Source of the DNA: Candidatus Iainarchaeum sp.
GTDB lineage: Archaea > Iainarchaeota > Iainarchaeia > Iainarchaeales > GCA-2688035
NCBI GenBank assembly: GCA_017610175.1
Contig: JAFCCO010000009.1
Location: forward strand, 1-55,035
Direction of reading: 5' to 3'
DNA length: 55,035 bases
A model generated the notes under the pieces. It searched no databases, had not been told where the DNA came from, and saw only the letters and a list, made by a program, of their open reading frames with translations. The position numbers were made by a program, and so were the translations under genes. Numbering within the stretch: the first letter of the stretch is position 1; each line of letters opens with the position of its first letter. Shown piece by piece: positions 17,334 to 26,751 of the stretch.

Positions 17334-17810
17334 ATGCCTCGAACACTGGATTCGGAAGATTTTGACATTCACAAATTTGAGCACCCTGAACCTGAAGTCT
17401 ACCCTGTGACGGACAAAGAAAAAATTGACCCAAGAGTACTGAAGGGCGTTGATGAAAGCAAAGAACCCAAAGCAACCAAGAAAACACTTTTGATTGCAAC
17501 CGCAGCTAACCTTTTGATTCCAGGGTTAGGCAATATGATTCTCAAAAAAGGGACAGTTGGCTCACTGCTGCTTGCTGTCAATATTTTACTGTCAATTTTA
17601 AGCATCGCACCGTTTTCGATTGTGGGATTCCTGGGAAACCTTTACGCCCCAAAACTGCCAACATTGGTCTCTGCATCATTTATTACCTCCGCAGCAGGAG
17701 AGGCATCCCTTGCAGGAGATCCCGCACTTAGCCCGCTGATTAATCTTGCTATGGCAATAGCAGCAATAACCTGGCTGCATTTCATTTACCTGGTGTTAAA
17801 AAGAAAATAA
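17334..17810 (+). CDS. Hypothetical membrane protein
   Basis: Charged N-terminus, NLLIPGLG TM2-like hairpin, C-terminal TM helix. Confidence 0.7.
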   Translation: MPRTLDSEDFDIHKFEHPEPEVYPVTDKEKIDPRVLKGVDESKEPKATKKTLLIATAANLLIPGLGNMILKKGTVGSLLLAVNILLSILSIAPFSIVGFLGNLYAPKLPTLVSASFITSAAGEASLAGDPALSPLINLAMAIAAITWLHFIYLVLKRK

Positions 17811-17875
17811 CTCTCCAACTTATTTTTCACCCCCAAAAACAACAAATAAATACCCCCTTGCATTATATTCTTCCC

Positions 17876-18595
17876 ATGCACGGGCGGGAAGACCCTGAGA
17901 AAAAACTTGAGATTTACATAAAAGCCGGACTGACCAAGGAAGAGGTCATCAAAAAGATGCAGCCCTACCTTAACGAGCGCAACCGCGAAGTTCTTCTCGA
18001 GGTAATAGACGAATACTTTGAGTCCAGGGGAAGCAGCGACCAAACAAAGTTTGTAATCAAAGCCATTTTCGGCCTTGTTGTGCTGGCGGTGGTTGCATAC
18101 GCAATATTCTTTATCTTTTTCCAAAGCGCGGTTTACAGCCCGACAAAATGCTTGGACAAACCTGTTTCAATTTCACTGCACGGGGATTTGATGAACAGGG
18201 ACAGGATGATGAACGCACTTGCACGCGTGGAAGAGGACAACTGTGAATACTTCAACTTTATTGCGGACAACGCAAAAAAGATTTTTGTAAACCCGCCGGG
18301 CTTCATGAGTTCAGGGCAATACCGCGGAAACGAGGACGAGATTCACGTGAATTCCCTTACCGGAAGCGAGCACTATGTTGCCTCAATACTAATTCACGAA
18401 GCATGCCACTCGTTCCAGCACAAACAGGGGCTGGAAATTTCAGATAACGACTGCACCGCAACACAGTACAATTTCCTCAAAGCGGTGAACGCGCAGCCTG
18501 ATGATTTGAAGGCAGTGGAACGCATCGCAAGCTTTTGGCCCGGCTACAGCATAAAGGGAAACGACGTTTTTGAGCAGTGGAAGTCAACAAGTTGA
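17876..18595 (+). CDS. Membrane-anchored putative zinc metallopeptidase (HExxH)
   Basis: Single TM (FVIKAIFGLVVLAVVAYAIFFIFF), then G.Y......IHVN and ASILIHEACHSFQ. Confidence 0.7.
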   Translation: MHGREDPEKKLEIYIKAGLTKEEVIKKMQPYLNERNREVLLEVIDEYFESRGSSDQTKFVIKAIFGLVVLAVVAYAIFFIFFQSAVYSPTKCLDKPVSISLHGDLMNRDRMMNALARVEEDNCEYFNFIADNAKKIFVNPPGFMSSGQYRGNEDEIHVNSLTGSEHYVASILIHEACHSFQHKQGLEISDNDCTATQYNFLKAVNAQPDDLKAVERIASFWPGYSIKGNDVFEQWKSTS

Positions 18596-18884
18596 TAGCC
18601 GCAAATACTTAAAATTAGCAAGAAATAAGGAATTTCGATTCCCGACGTTAAAGAACAGTTTTTGCGAAGGGTTGGAGATGTTAAAACAATTCAGGCAATC
18701 GATAAAAGGCTTGCAGAGCTTGAAAAGAAGTCAAAAGCCAAAAAAATGGTTAAGAAGCGCAAAACTGCCAAATCCAAGAAATAAACCCGGTTTAGATAAA
18801 GCTTTTTAAAGCTTAACCGTCAAGAAGTAATACTATAGACTCCTGATTTTTCGGGTTTTTCTATTAAATAAAGTGGTGTTTTTT

Positions 18885-19571
18885 ATGGGTTTAAGACCTG
18901 GCAGATGTTATAGGTCCAAAAAGGACCGTGCGTTCACAAGGATAGCCGTTAGAGTGCACCGCAAAAATTTCATTGGAGCCGTCCCAAACATCCTAACAAG
19001 GCAGTTTAACATGGGAAACACAACAAAGAAGTTCACCCACATCCTTGACCTTAAGGTAAAAAAGGGAGTGCAGCTTCGCGACAACAGCATTGAATCGGCA
19101 AGAATTGCAATCAACAGGCACTTGCACAACCGCCTTGGAAAAGAAGGCTATTTTATGAAAATCCGTGTCTACCCGTTCCAAATTCTTAGAGAGAATAAGC
19201 AGGCACAGGGAGCACACGCGGACAGAATTCAGACAGGAATGTCAAAGGCATACGGAAAGTCAATTGGAAGGGCAATAAGGGTAAGACCTGAGCAGACAAT
19301 AATTAGTGTGCTGGTCGACGAGCCAAACATTAAGGTTGCAAAAGAGGCTTTGCTTAGGGCAAAATCAAGGCTAAGCAGTGATGTGCACGTTGTTGTCCAC
19401 ACAGACGTTGAAAGCATTGGCACAAAGCCAAAGAAAACCAGGGCGCCAGCCGTTGCAAAGAAACCGGGTGAAAAGAAGGAAGGCGAAGAGGCAAAGGAAG
19501 AGGGCAAGGAAGGAAAGGAAGAGGGAAAAGAAGAGAAAAAGGAAAAAAAGAAAGAAGAGAAAAAGAAATAA
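18885..19571 (+). CDS. rpl10e: 50S ribosomal protein uL16 (L10e) with a long E/K-rich C-terminal tail
   Basis: GLRPGRCYR, QLRDNSIESARI..NR, RVYPFQILRENK, ADRIQTGM..AYGK. Confidence 0.95.
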   Translation: MGLRPGRCYRSKKDRAFTRIAVRVHRKNFIGAVPNILTRQFNMGNTTKKFTHILDLKVKKGVQLRDNSIESARIAINRHLHNRLGKEGYFMKIRVYPFQILRENKQAQGAHADRIQTGMSKAYGKSIGRAIRVRPEQTIISVLVDEPNIKVAKEALLRAKSRLSSDVHVVVHTDVESIGTKPKKTRAPAVAKKPGEKKEGEEAKEEGKEGKEEGKEEKKEKKKEEKKK

Positions 19572-19664
19572 CGCCCCCAATTAACTAATTTTTTTAAAAC
19601 CCGAATTCAAAGCGCTAAAGCCGACGTAAAGTTATTAAAGAACAAACTTCATTCTCTATATTGA

Positions 19665-22262
19665 ATGTTTGAAGACAACATTTTATGGTTCAGAAGCATC
19701 CGCAAGAAGGACATTCCAAAAGTCGGAGGCAAAGGCGCAAATCTCGGAGAGATGACTGCCGCTAATTTTCCAATACCACCCGGCTTCTGCGTAACAGCAC
19801 AAGCATACTTTAACTACCTCGCTGAAGCAGGGCTAAAGGACAAGATTGTGGAAAAAATTGACGCAATAGACGTTGAAAACGCAGAGCAGCTGCAGGAAGT
19901 TACCAAAGAAGTAAGGGAAACAATTAAGGCAAGCACAATGTCTGATGACCTTGCAAACGAGATTAAAATTGCTTACAAGAAGCTGGGTGAAAGAAAACTT
20001 GCTTCATGGATTACAAGCAGCGAAGAATGCTTTGTTGCAGTAAGAAGCAGTGCGACCGCAGAGGACCTTCCCGAAGCAAGCTTTGCAGGGCAGCAGGATA
20101 CCTACCTAAACATAAAGGGCGGTCGCGAGCTTGTGAAAGCCGTTCAAAAGTGCTGGTCCTCACTCTTTACCGCAAGGGCTGTTTATTACAGAAAAAAGCA
20201 GGGCTTTAGCACCGCACAGGTTGGAATCTCGGTTGTGGTGCAGAAAATGATCAACGGGGAGACCGCCGGAGTAATGTTTACCGCGTCACCCACAGGGGAT
20301 GAATCAAAAATTATCATTGAAGCCGCATATGGGCTGGGCGAAGCAGTTGTTTCCGGAAGCATTACTCCTGACACATATACCGTGGACAAGGGAAGCATGA
20401 AGCTTGCGGACAAGCACATGGGAGCGCAGGAATTCAAGATTGTGAAAAAGGGGCGCGAGAACATTAGGGAAAAGCTTTCAACAACAATATCAAAGAAGCA
20501 AAAGATTTCAGACAAGGAAATAATCGAGCTGGCAAAAATCGGAAAGCAAATTGAACACCACTACAAGGCACCGCAGGACATAGAGTGGGCAATTGAAAAC
20601 AAGGAAATTTACATTGTCCAAAGCCGTGCAATAACAACGCTTGGACTGAAGGAAGACGAATCTGCAAAGCAAAACAGGGAAGAGCAGATTAAAAAGTTCG
20701 AGGACAAAATTGTCGCAAAAGGACTGGCGGCATCACCCGGAATTGCAAGCGGAAAGGCAAAGGTTATTCCAACAATTGCAGACATCACAAAAATTCATCC
20801 CGGCGACGTAATAGTTACAAACATGACCTCCCCCGACTGGGTCCCCACAATGAAGAAGGCGGCAGGAATTGTGACCAATGAAGGGGGAAGCACCTGCCAC
20901 GCCGCAATTGTTTCAAGGGAACTTGGAATCCCATGTGTTGTAGGAACAAGCAACGGCACAAAAGTTATAGAGGACAACCAGGAAATAACAGTAAACGGGT
21001 TTGACGGGATTGTTTACAATGGAAAGGTTGAAATTGCCCTGCCAACAGAAGAAAAAATCGAAGTGATTAAGCAAGAGGACATTGACAAGCTGGAGGGCGT
21101 TCTTGAAAAGGTTGCAGAGCCCGAGGAAAAAAAAGAAGCGGAAACCAAAGAGCAACCGGAATGGATTGAGGAAAAGAAAGAGGTTGCCAAAGCCGCAGAG
21201 CAGGAACACAAGGAAAGAAGCAAGGAAGAGCTTGAAGAGGTTGCACAAAAGGCAGGGCAGGATGCAAAAGAAATCGTTGAAAAATACGGTGAAGTGAAAG
21301 CAGCTGAAATGAATCCCGAAGAGATTGAAGCCGAGAAAGACGAGCTGGTTGAGCTGCTAAGAAAGGTCTCTGCAAAAGTAAAGGTGAATGTTGCACTGCC
21401 AAGCGTTGCCGAGAAAGCAGCCGAAACAAATGCAGACGGGGTTGGCCTGCTTAGGGCAGAGCACATGATTACATCAACGGGAATGCACCCGGCAGAATTC
21501 ATCAGGGAAGGAAAGCAGGATGAATTAAAGGACGCGGTAAAAGCGGGAATTAAAACCGTTGCAGAAAAGTTTGTTGGAAAACCTGTGTGGTTCAGGACGT
21601 TTGATGCGAGAAGCGACGAATTCAGGCAGCTAAAGGGCGGGGAGAAAGAGCCTGACGAGGACAACCCAATGCTTGGATGGCACGGAATCCGCAGGGACCT
21701 TGATGAGCCAAACCAGCTAAAGGCACAGTTCTATGCAATAAAGGAACTGCGCGATGAGGGATTAAAAAACGTGGGGGCAATGCTTCCGTTTGTGCAAAGC
21801 GTGGAGGAATTCAAAAAAGCAAAAGCCATTGCAAAGGAATGCGGATTGGATCCGGACAGCGAAGACTTTGAATTTGGGGTAATGGTTGAAACACCTGCAG
21901 CCGTTTGGGTAATAGACGAACTAATTGATGCGGGAATCGATTTTATCAGCTTTGGAACAAATGATTTGACTCAGCTGACACTGGGGATTGACAGAAACAA
22001 TGAAAGGATTCAGGAGCTCTTCACCGAACTGCACCCCGCAATCCTCAGAGAAATTCACCATGTGATAAGAAAGTGCAGAAAAGCCAATGTAAAAACAAGC
22101 ATCTGCGGGCAGGCAGCCTCAAACCCGGAGATGGTAAAGCACCTTGTAAAATTCGGGATAGACTCTATCTCAGCAAACATTGATGCAGTGCAAAAAATAA
22201 AGTCGGTTGTTCTCGTAGAGGAAAAGAAACTTATTCTAAAAGAAAGAGAGAAGAAAGCATAG
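19665..22262 (+). CDS. ppsA: Phosphoenolpyruvate synthase
   Basis: VGGKGANLGEM, AVRSSATAEDLPEASFAGQQDT, PQDIEWA, GGSTCHAAIVSRELG (phospho-His), GLLRAE, NPMLGWHG, SFGTNDLTQ, SICGQ. Confidence 0.96.
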   Translation: MFEDNILWFRSIRKKDIPKVGGKGANLGEMTAANFPIPPGFCVTAQAYFNYLAEAGLKDKIVEKIDAIDVENAEQLQEVTKEVRETIKASTMSDDLANEIKIAYKKLGERKLASWITSSEECFVAVRSSATAEDLPEASFAGQQDTYLNIKGGRELVKAVQKCWSSLFTARAVYYRKKQGFSTAQVGISVVVQKMINGETAGVMFTASPTGDESKIIIEAAYGLGEAVVSGSITPDTYTVDKGSMKLADKHMGAQEFKIVKKGRENIREKLSTTISKKQKISDKEIIELAKIGKQIEHHYKAPQDIEWAIENKEIYIVQSRAITTLGLKEDESAKQNREEQIKKFEDKIVAKGLAASPGIASGKAKVIPTIADITKIHPGDVIVTNMTSPDWVPTMKKAAGIVTNEGGSTCHAAIVSRELGIPCVVGTSNGTKVIEDNQEITVNGFDGIVYNGKVEIALPTEEKIEVIKQEDIDKLEGVLEKVAEPEEKKEAETKEQPEWIEEKKEVAKAAEQEHKERSKEELEEVAQKAGQDAKEIVEKYGEVKAAEMNPEEIEAEKDELVELLRKVSAKVKVNVALPSVAEKAAETNADGVGLLRAEHMITSTGMHPAEFIREGKQDELKDAVKAGIKTVAEKFVGKPVWFRTFDARSDEFRQLKGGEKEPDEDNPMLGWHGIRRDLDEPNQLKAQFYAIKELRDEGLKNVGAMLPFVQSVEEFKKAKAIAKECGLDPDSEDFEFGVMVETPAAVWVIDELIDAGIDFISFGTNDLTQLTLGIDRNNERIQELFTELHPAILREIHHVIRKCRKANVKTSICGQAASNPEMVKHLVKFGIDSISANIDAVQKIKSVVLVEEKKLILKEREKKA

Positions 22263-22299
22263 CCCTGCTTTAAATAATGTTTTCAGGCACTATTTTTTT

Positions 22300-23295
22300 A
22301 TGCTTAAAATGGATTTAGAGCCCGCAATCAAGGCAGTGAAGAAGAAAAAGGCAAAGCTTGTTGCAATACAAATTCCCGAGGGGCTAAAGCAGCGCACCCT
22401 GGAAATTGCATCAAAAATTGAGGAGAAAACGGGCGCGGAAACATTCACATTCATGGATCCATGCTTTGGCGCGTGCGATATTGCGGACTCGAGGGCAAAG
22501 GCAATGGATGCCGACATACTGATTCACTTCGGACACAGCCGGTTCGTTCCAAAAGAAGAGCTTGAAACAGTTTACATCCCACTGCACTATTCATTGAAAA
22601 AAAGCGCACTAAAGGCGCTTGCGGAGGGAATCTCAAAAAAGGCAAAGAAGGGAAAAACAATTGCGCTTTGCACAACCATCCAGTACCTTGATTACCTGCC
22701 GGAGTTTAAAAAAATTCTCAAAACAAAAGGCTTCAAAATTGAAATTGGAAAGGGAAAGAATGTTTTGCAGGGACAAGTGCTTGGATGCAATTACTCAAGC
22801 GTGAAAGCGGTTGAAAAAAAGGTAGACTCTGTTGTGTTTCTGGGGGACGGACTGTTCCACCCGATTGGAATTTCTTTTACAAGCAAGAAACCGGTGTTTA
22901 CCGCAAACCCGCACAGCCTTGAGGTTAACAAACTTGAAAGCGAAAGGGATTTGTTTTTGAGAAAAAGAAGTGCCGCAATTGCAAGAGCAATGGACGCAAA
23001 AACCTTTGGAATCCTTGTAAGCGACAAAAAGGGGCAGGCAAAAAAAGAGCTTGCATTTGCACTGAAGAAAAAAATTGAAAAGTCCGGAAGAAAGGCGTTT
23101 GTGCTTGTTGCAGACTACATAAAGCCGGAATACATCCTTGGAGTTGGGCTGGACGCGCTTGTTGGAACGGCGTGCCCGCGCATTGTGTTTGATGACGCTT
23201 CAAGCTTTAAGCAGCCTATTCTCTCAGCCTCGGAACTGGACATTCTGCTTGGGCAAAAAAAGTTTGGGCAATACAAAATAGAGGAATTGAATTAG
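22300..23295 (+). CDS. dph2: Diphthamide biosynthesis protein Dph2
   Basis: QIPEGLK, PCFGACD, HFGHS, GQVLGC, GDGLFH, TACPRI (three Fe-S Cys). Confidence 0.95.
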   Translation: MLKMDLEPAIKAVKKKKAKLVAIQIPEGLKQRTLEIASKIEEKTGAETFTFMDPCFGACDIADSRAKAMDADILIHFGHSRFVPKEELETVYIPLHYSLKKSALKALAEGISKKAKKGKTIALCTTIQYLDYLPEFKKILKTKGFKIEIGKGKNVLQGQVLGCNYSSVKAVEKKVDSVVFLGDGLFHPIGISFTSKKPVFTANPHSLEVNKLESERDLFLRKRSAAIARAMDAKTFGILVSDKKGQAKKELAFALKKKIEKSGRKAFVLVADYIKPEYILGVGLDALVGTACPRIVFDDASSFKQPILSASELDILLGQKKFGQYKIEELN

Positions 23296-24194
23296 AAATC
23301 TATTTCATGTGGCTTTGGAGGCTCGTACTCCTCTTCTTCCTCAATCTTGTGCCTCTTTCTTGGAACCCTTCTTCCTGTTGTGTTTGCTTCCTGTTCTGAA
23401 ATTTCCTCACTCACAACGGTTCCCTTGAACTCAAGGCCGCGAACGGCATTTTCAAAGTTTTCAAGGTTGTCCCCGTGAAGGAACCATGCATTGATTTTGC
23501 TGCGCTTTAGGATTAAGGATGCTGGCAGGTCAAGAACAACGTTTTGGCCCGGCTTTGTTTCAGCAACCTGGATTATGCTAACCAACCGCTCATAGCTAAG
23601 TTGGGGGTAAAATTTTGCGCTCGGGCTTTTTTTTGGGTCGGCGCTGTAAACCCCATCGACATTGCTTAAGTTGATAAATGTTCCGTTCATCATTTCCGCA
23701 ATAAGTGCGGCAACGGCGTCTGTTGTAAAGCCAGGCATCATCCCGCCACTGATTGGAATTTTTCCCGAATCAATAATTTTCTTTGCCTCAGGCACATTTG
23801 TAATAACCTGCGGAGCCGCGTTTTCAATTGTTTGAGTGAGAAGTGATGCGTTAACGCGGGTTACCTCAATTCCAATCGAATCAAGGAAAAAATTGTTTGC
23901 CCCAAGGGACTTTGCCGCAGCCTGGTAACGCCTGCATGCCTTTCCGCCCCCCACAACCAAAGCAAATTTGTATCCCTCCAAAGCAAGCTTATTAATTGAC
24001 TCGGAGAACTTTGCAATCTTTGCGACATCCGGTTTTTCACCAATGAGAACGCTTCCCCCAACGCTTATGCTGAAAAACCTTCCATCGGAAGCCTGGGTTG
24101 GTTCATAACTTGAGCCCTGGACAGAGCTCTCGCTTTGCTCTTCCTTTTGCTCGTCCTGGTTAAACATTTCAAACATGTCAAACATGTTAAACAC
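23292..24194 (-). CDS. pyrH: Uridylate kinase with N- and C-terminal extensions
   Basis: SVGGS, VVGGG..CR.Y, D.IGI..TR.NA, PG.TTDAVAA, NVDGVY.ADP, GTVV. Confidence 0.92.
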   Translation of the reverse strand: MFNMFDMFEMFNQDEQKEEQSESSVQGSSYEPTQASDGRFFSISVGGSVLIGEKPDVAKIAKFSESINKLALEGYKFALVVGGGKACRRYQAAAKSLGANNFFLDSIGIEVTRVNASLLTQTIENAAPQVITNVPEAKKIIDSGKIPISGGMMPGFTTDAVAALIAEMMNGTFINLSNVDGVYSADPKKSPSAKFYPQLSYERLVSIIQVAETKPGQNVVLDLPASLILKRSKINAWFLHGDNLENFENAVRGLEFKGTVVSEEISEQEANTTGRRVPRKRHKIEEEEEYEPPKPHEIDF

Positions 24195-24256
24195 TCTAAA
24201 CGATGAGTTAAATAATGTAATGTGATGTTTTATTTAAATAGTGGGGTTCGATTGAG

Positions 24257-25507
24257 ATGAAACAAAGTCACCTTGAAGAGGTTGACGAGGCTGAACTTCT
24301 CATTTTCAAAAAAAAACTCAAGAAAATGAAGTCCTACAAGGGAAGGGGAACACAGCTTATTTCACTGTATTTGCCGCCCAACGTGGACAGAAGCGGAATA
24401 ATGGCCCAGTTGACAGAGGAAACTAGCCAAAGCAGCAACATAAAGAGTCCCCAGACCAGAAAAAATGTTCAAGGGGCTTTGAGAAGGCTGAGCAATTTCT
24501 TAAAGCAAATTAACTTTGACATCCCAAAAACAGGGCTGGTTGTTTTTTCAGGAAACGTTTCAGAGCAGGAGGGAAAAGCAGACATAAGGCTTTTCACCAT
24601 CAAGCCGCCAAAAGAACTTAAGACAAAGCTTTACTGGTGTGACTCGGAATTCCACCTTGACCCCTTGCAGGAAATGGTTGCCCCGACAGATGTGTTTGGA
24701 ATTTTGACAATTGACAAAAAGGAGGCAACTGTTGCAATCCTTGTGGGAAAAAAATATGAAATTCTCGGGCACTTTACTTCAGGAATAAGCGGCAAGCACA
24801 GGGCAGGGGGGCAGAGTGCACAAAGGTTTGCAAGGCTGCATGAAGAGGCAGTAACCGAATTCTACAGAAGAATTGCGGACAAGGTTCAGGAAATTTTCAT
24901 TCCGCAGATTGACAGGCTTAAGGGAATGCTTATTGCAGGGCCGGGAATTACGAAAAATTATTTTATCAACCAGGGGCACCTTGATGCAAGATTGAAGGAA
25001 AAGGTCCTTGGAACAATTGATACATCCTACACCGATGAAAGCGGCATAAGGGAAGCTGTAAACAAGAGTGAGGAGTTGCTGCGCGACGCCGACATCACAA
25101 AGGAGAGAACAACCGTGAACGATTTTATGGGCGAAGTAGTAAAGCCAGGCGGGCTTGCGGCATACGGCCAAAACGAGGTTGAGGAAGCGCTTTCAATGGG
25201 GAAGGTTGCAACACTTCTCTTAAGTGAGGAAATTGAGTGGATGGTGTACAAGTTCAAGTGCAACAATTGCGAGGCGGAAGAAGAGCTTGTTGTAAAAGAA
25301 CCGGACAAGTTTAAATTCACAGCACACAAATGCAAGAAGTGCAGTTCCTCATCAGAATTGATAGAGGAAGTGGATTATACAGACTGGCTTGTTGAAAAGG
25401 CGCACGACACAGGTGCCAAAACCAAAATAATAAGCACAGACACTTCAGAAGGCGAACAATTCTTCCGCGGCTTTGGCGGGATAGGGGCAGTTTTGCGTTA
25501 CAGGTAG
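24257..25507 (+). CDS. prf1: Peptide chain release factor aRF1
   Basis: GRGTQLISLY, SNIKS, YWCDSEF, HRAGGQSA.RF, GFGGIGAVLRY. Confidence 0.97.
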   Translation: MKQSHLEEVDEAELLIFKKKLKKMKSYKGRGTQLISLYLPPNVDRSGIMAQLTEETSQSSNIKSPQTRKNVQGALRRLSNFLKQINFDIPKTGLVVFSGNVSEQEGKADIRLFTIKPPKELKTKLYWCDSEFHLDPLQEMVAPTDVFGILTIDKKEATVAILVGKKYEILGHFTSGISGKHRAGGQSAQRFARLHEEAVTEFYRRIADKVQEIFIPQIDRLKGMLIAGPGITKNYFINQGHLDARLKEKVLGTIDTSYTDESGIREAVNKSEELLRDADITKERTTVNDFMGEVVKPGGLAAYGQNEVEEALSMGKVATLLLSEEIEWMVYKFKCNNCEAEEELVVKEPDKFKFTAHKCKKCSSSSELIEEVDYTDWLVEKAHDTGAKTKIISTDTSEGEQFFRGFGGIGAVLRYR

Positions 25508-25515
25508 TGAATTTT

Positions 25516-26751
25516 ATGTACTCGACAAAATGCAAGGGGATAGGCGGACAGCTGAAGCGAAGGTACACCGACTTTATCGTCGAGGAAATCGAGCCCAACG
25601 GGCGGGTTTGCGAGGTTAAGAGGTTTTTAGGCGGAGACTTTGAACCGGGAAATGTTGAGGTTCCCGAAAACACGGAGAACATGGAACAGCTCCGTGTTGA
25701 CATGGAGAAAATAAACAAGGACATCAATTTTTGCGTGACAAAAATCACAAGGTTTCTGCAGTGCAGCAAGAAAAGGGTTGGATATGCCGGAATGAAGGAC
25801 AAGAGGGCCGTTACCTGCCAGCGCATTTCAATCTTCGACCCGGACCTTGAAAGGCTAAAGGTTTTTAGGTCAAAGGGAATTGATTTGAGGAATGCGGAGT
25901 GGAGCAATGAACGCGTTGAAATTGGGGGCTTAAAGGAAAACAAGTTCAGAATAACCGTGCGCGACCTTGACCTTGACGAAAAGGAGCTGCGGAAAAGAAT
26001 CGGGAACTGCATTAAGGAAATTAATGAAAACGGGACCGCAAACTTTTTTGGAGAGCAAAGGTTTGGGGGAATAAGGAAAGTTACGCACCTTGTGGGAAGG
26101 GAATTTATTAACGGAGACCCTGAAAAGGCGGTTATGCTTTACCTTACGGCAACAGCACCCCAGGAGGAAGACGAAATCAAGGAAGCAAGGATCGAGCTTG
26201 CAAAGACCCAAAACTTTTCAGAGGCAAGCAAAAAGTTCCCGGTCAAATTCAGGTACGAAAGGACACTGATTCACCACCTCTGCAAATACCCAAAGGACTT
26301 TGTCGGGGCGTTCAGGCAACTTCCCCGCTCACTTGCATACCTTTTTACGCACGCATACCAAAGCTACCTGTTCAACGAAATAATTAGCGAAAGGATGAGG
26401 CTTGGCTGGGATTTAAAAGAAGTGACAGGCGACATATTGATGAACAACGTTCCAACAGCCCCGCTCTACGGCTTTGAGTCAAAGCTTGCAGAGGACGAGG
26501 CAGGGGAAGTTGAGAAAAGAGTGCTTGAAAAGGAAGGGCGTTCATTGAGTGATTTTAAGATAAAGGAAATGCCTGAGCTCTCATCCAAGGGAGCAAGGAA
26601 AGAAATCGTGCTGAAGCCGCAGAATATGAAACTTGAGGAAATCGGGGAAGACGAATTCTACGAGGGAAAAAAGTTTGCAGTGGTTTCGTTCACACTCTCG
26701 AAAGGGAATTACGCAACAACGGTTATGAGAGAAATGATGAAGGTGGATTAA
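25516..26751 (+). CDS. truD: tRNA pseudouridine(13) synthase TruD
   Basis: DFIVEE, YAGMKDKRAVT.Q, NFFGEQRFG, HAYQSYLFN, FTLSKGNYAT. Confidence 0.95.
   Translation: MYSTKCKGIGGQLKRRYTDFIVEEIEPNGRVCEVKRFLGGDFEPGNVEVPENTENMEQLRVDMEKINKDINFCVTKITRFLQCSKKRVGYAGMKDKRAVTCQRISIFDPDLERLKVFRSKGIDLRNAEWSNERVEIGGLKENKFRITVRDLDLDEKELRKRIGNCIKEINENGTANFFGEQRFGGIRKVTHLVGREFINGDPEKAVMLYLTATAPQEEDEIKEARIELAKTQNFSEASKKFPVKFRYERTLIHHLCKYPKDFVGAFRQLPRSLAYLFTHAYQSYLFNEIISERMRLGWDLKEVTGDILMNNVPTAPLYGFESKLAEDEAGEVEKRVLEKEGRSLSDFKIKEMPELSSKGARKEIVLKPQNMKLEEIGEDEFYEGKKFAVVSFTLSKGNYATTVMREMMKVD

Noticed and set aside
18570-18809. 79-aa ORF from the track
   Set aside because: It overlaps the upstream gene and reads less like this genome's proteins than the alternative frame 18632-18784; neither is proven.
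16880-18880. Integrated element at tRNA-Cys
   Set aside because: I found no duplicated tRNA 3' end (att site) and no integrase by eye.
24241-24256. GGGGTTCGATT resembling a tRNA T-arm
   Set aside because: No complementary stem or cloverleaf; it is the aRF1 leader/RBS region.
24257-25507. Stop-codon reassignment
   Set aside because: aRF1 NIKS, YxCxxxF and GGQ motifs are canonical, and TAA, TAG and TGA all end conserved genes at expected positions.
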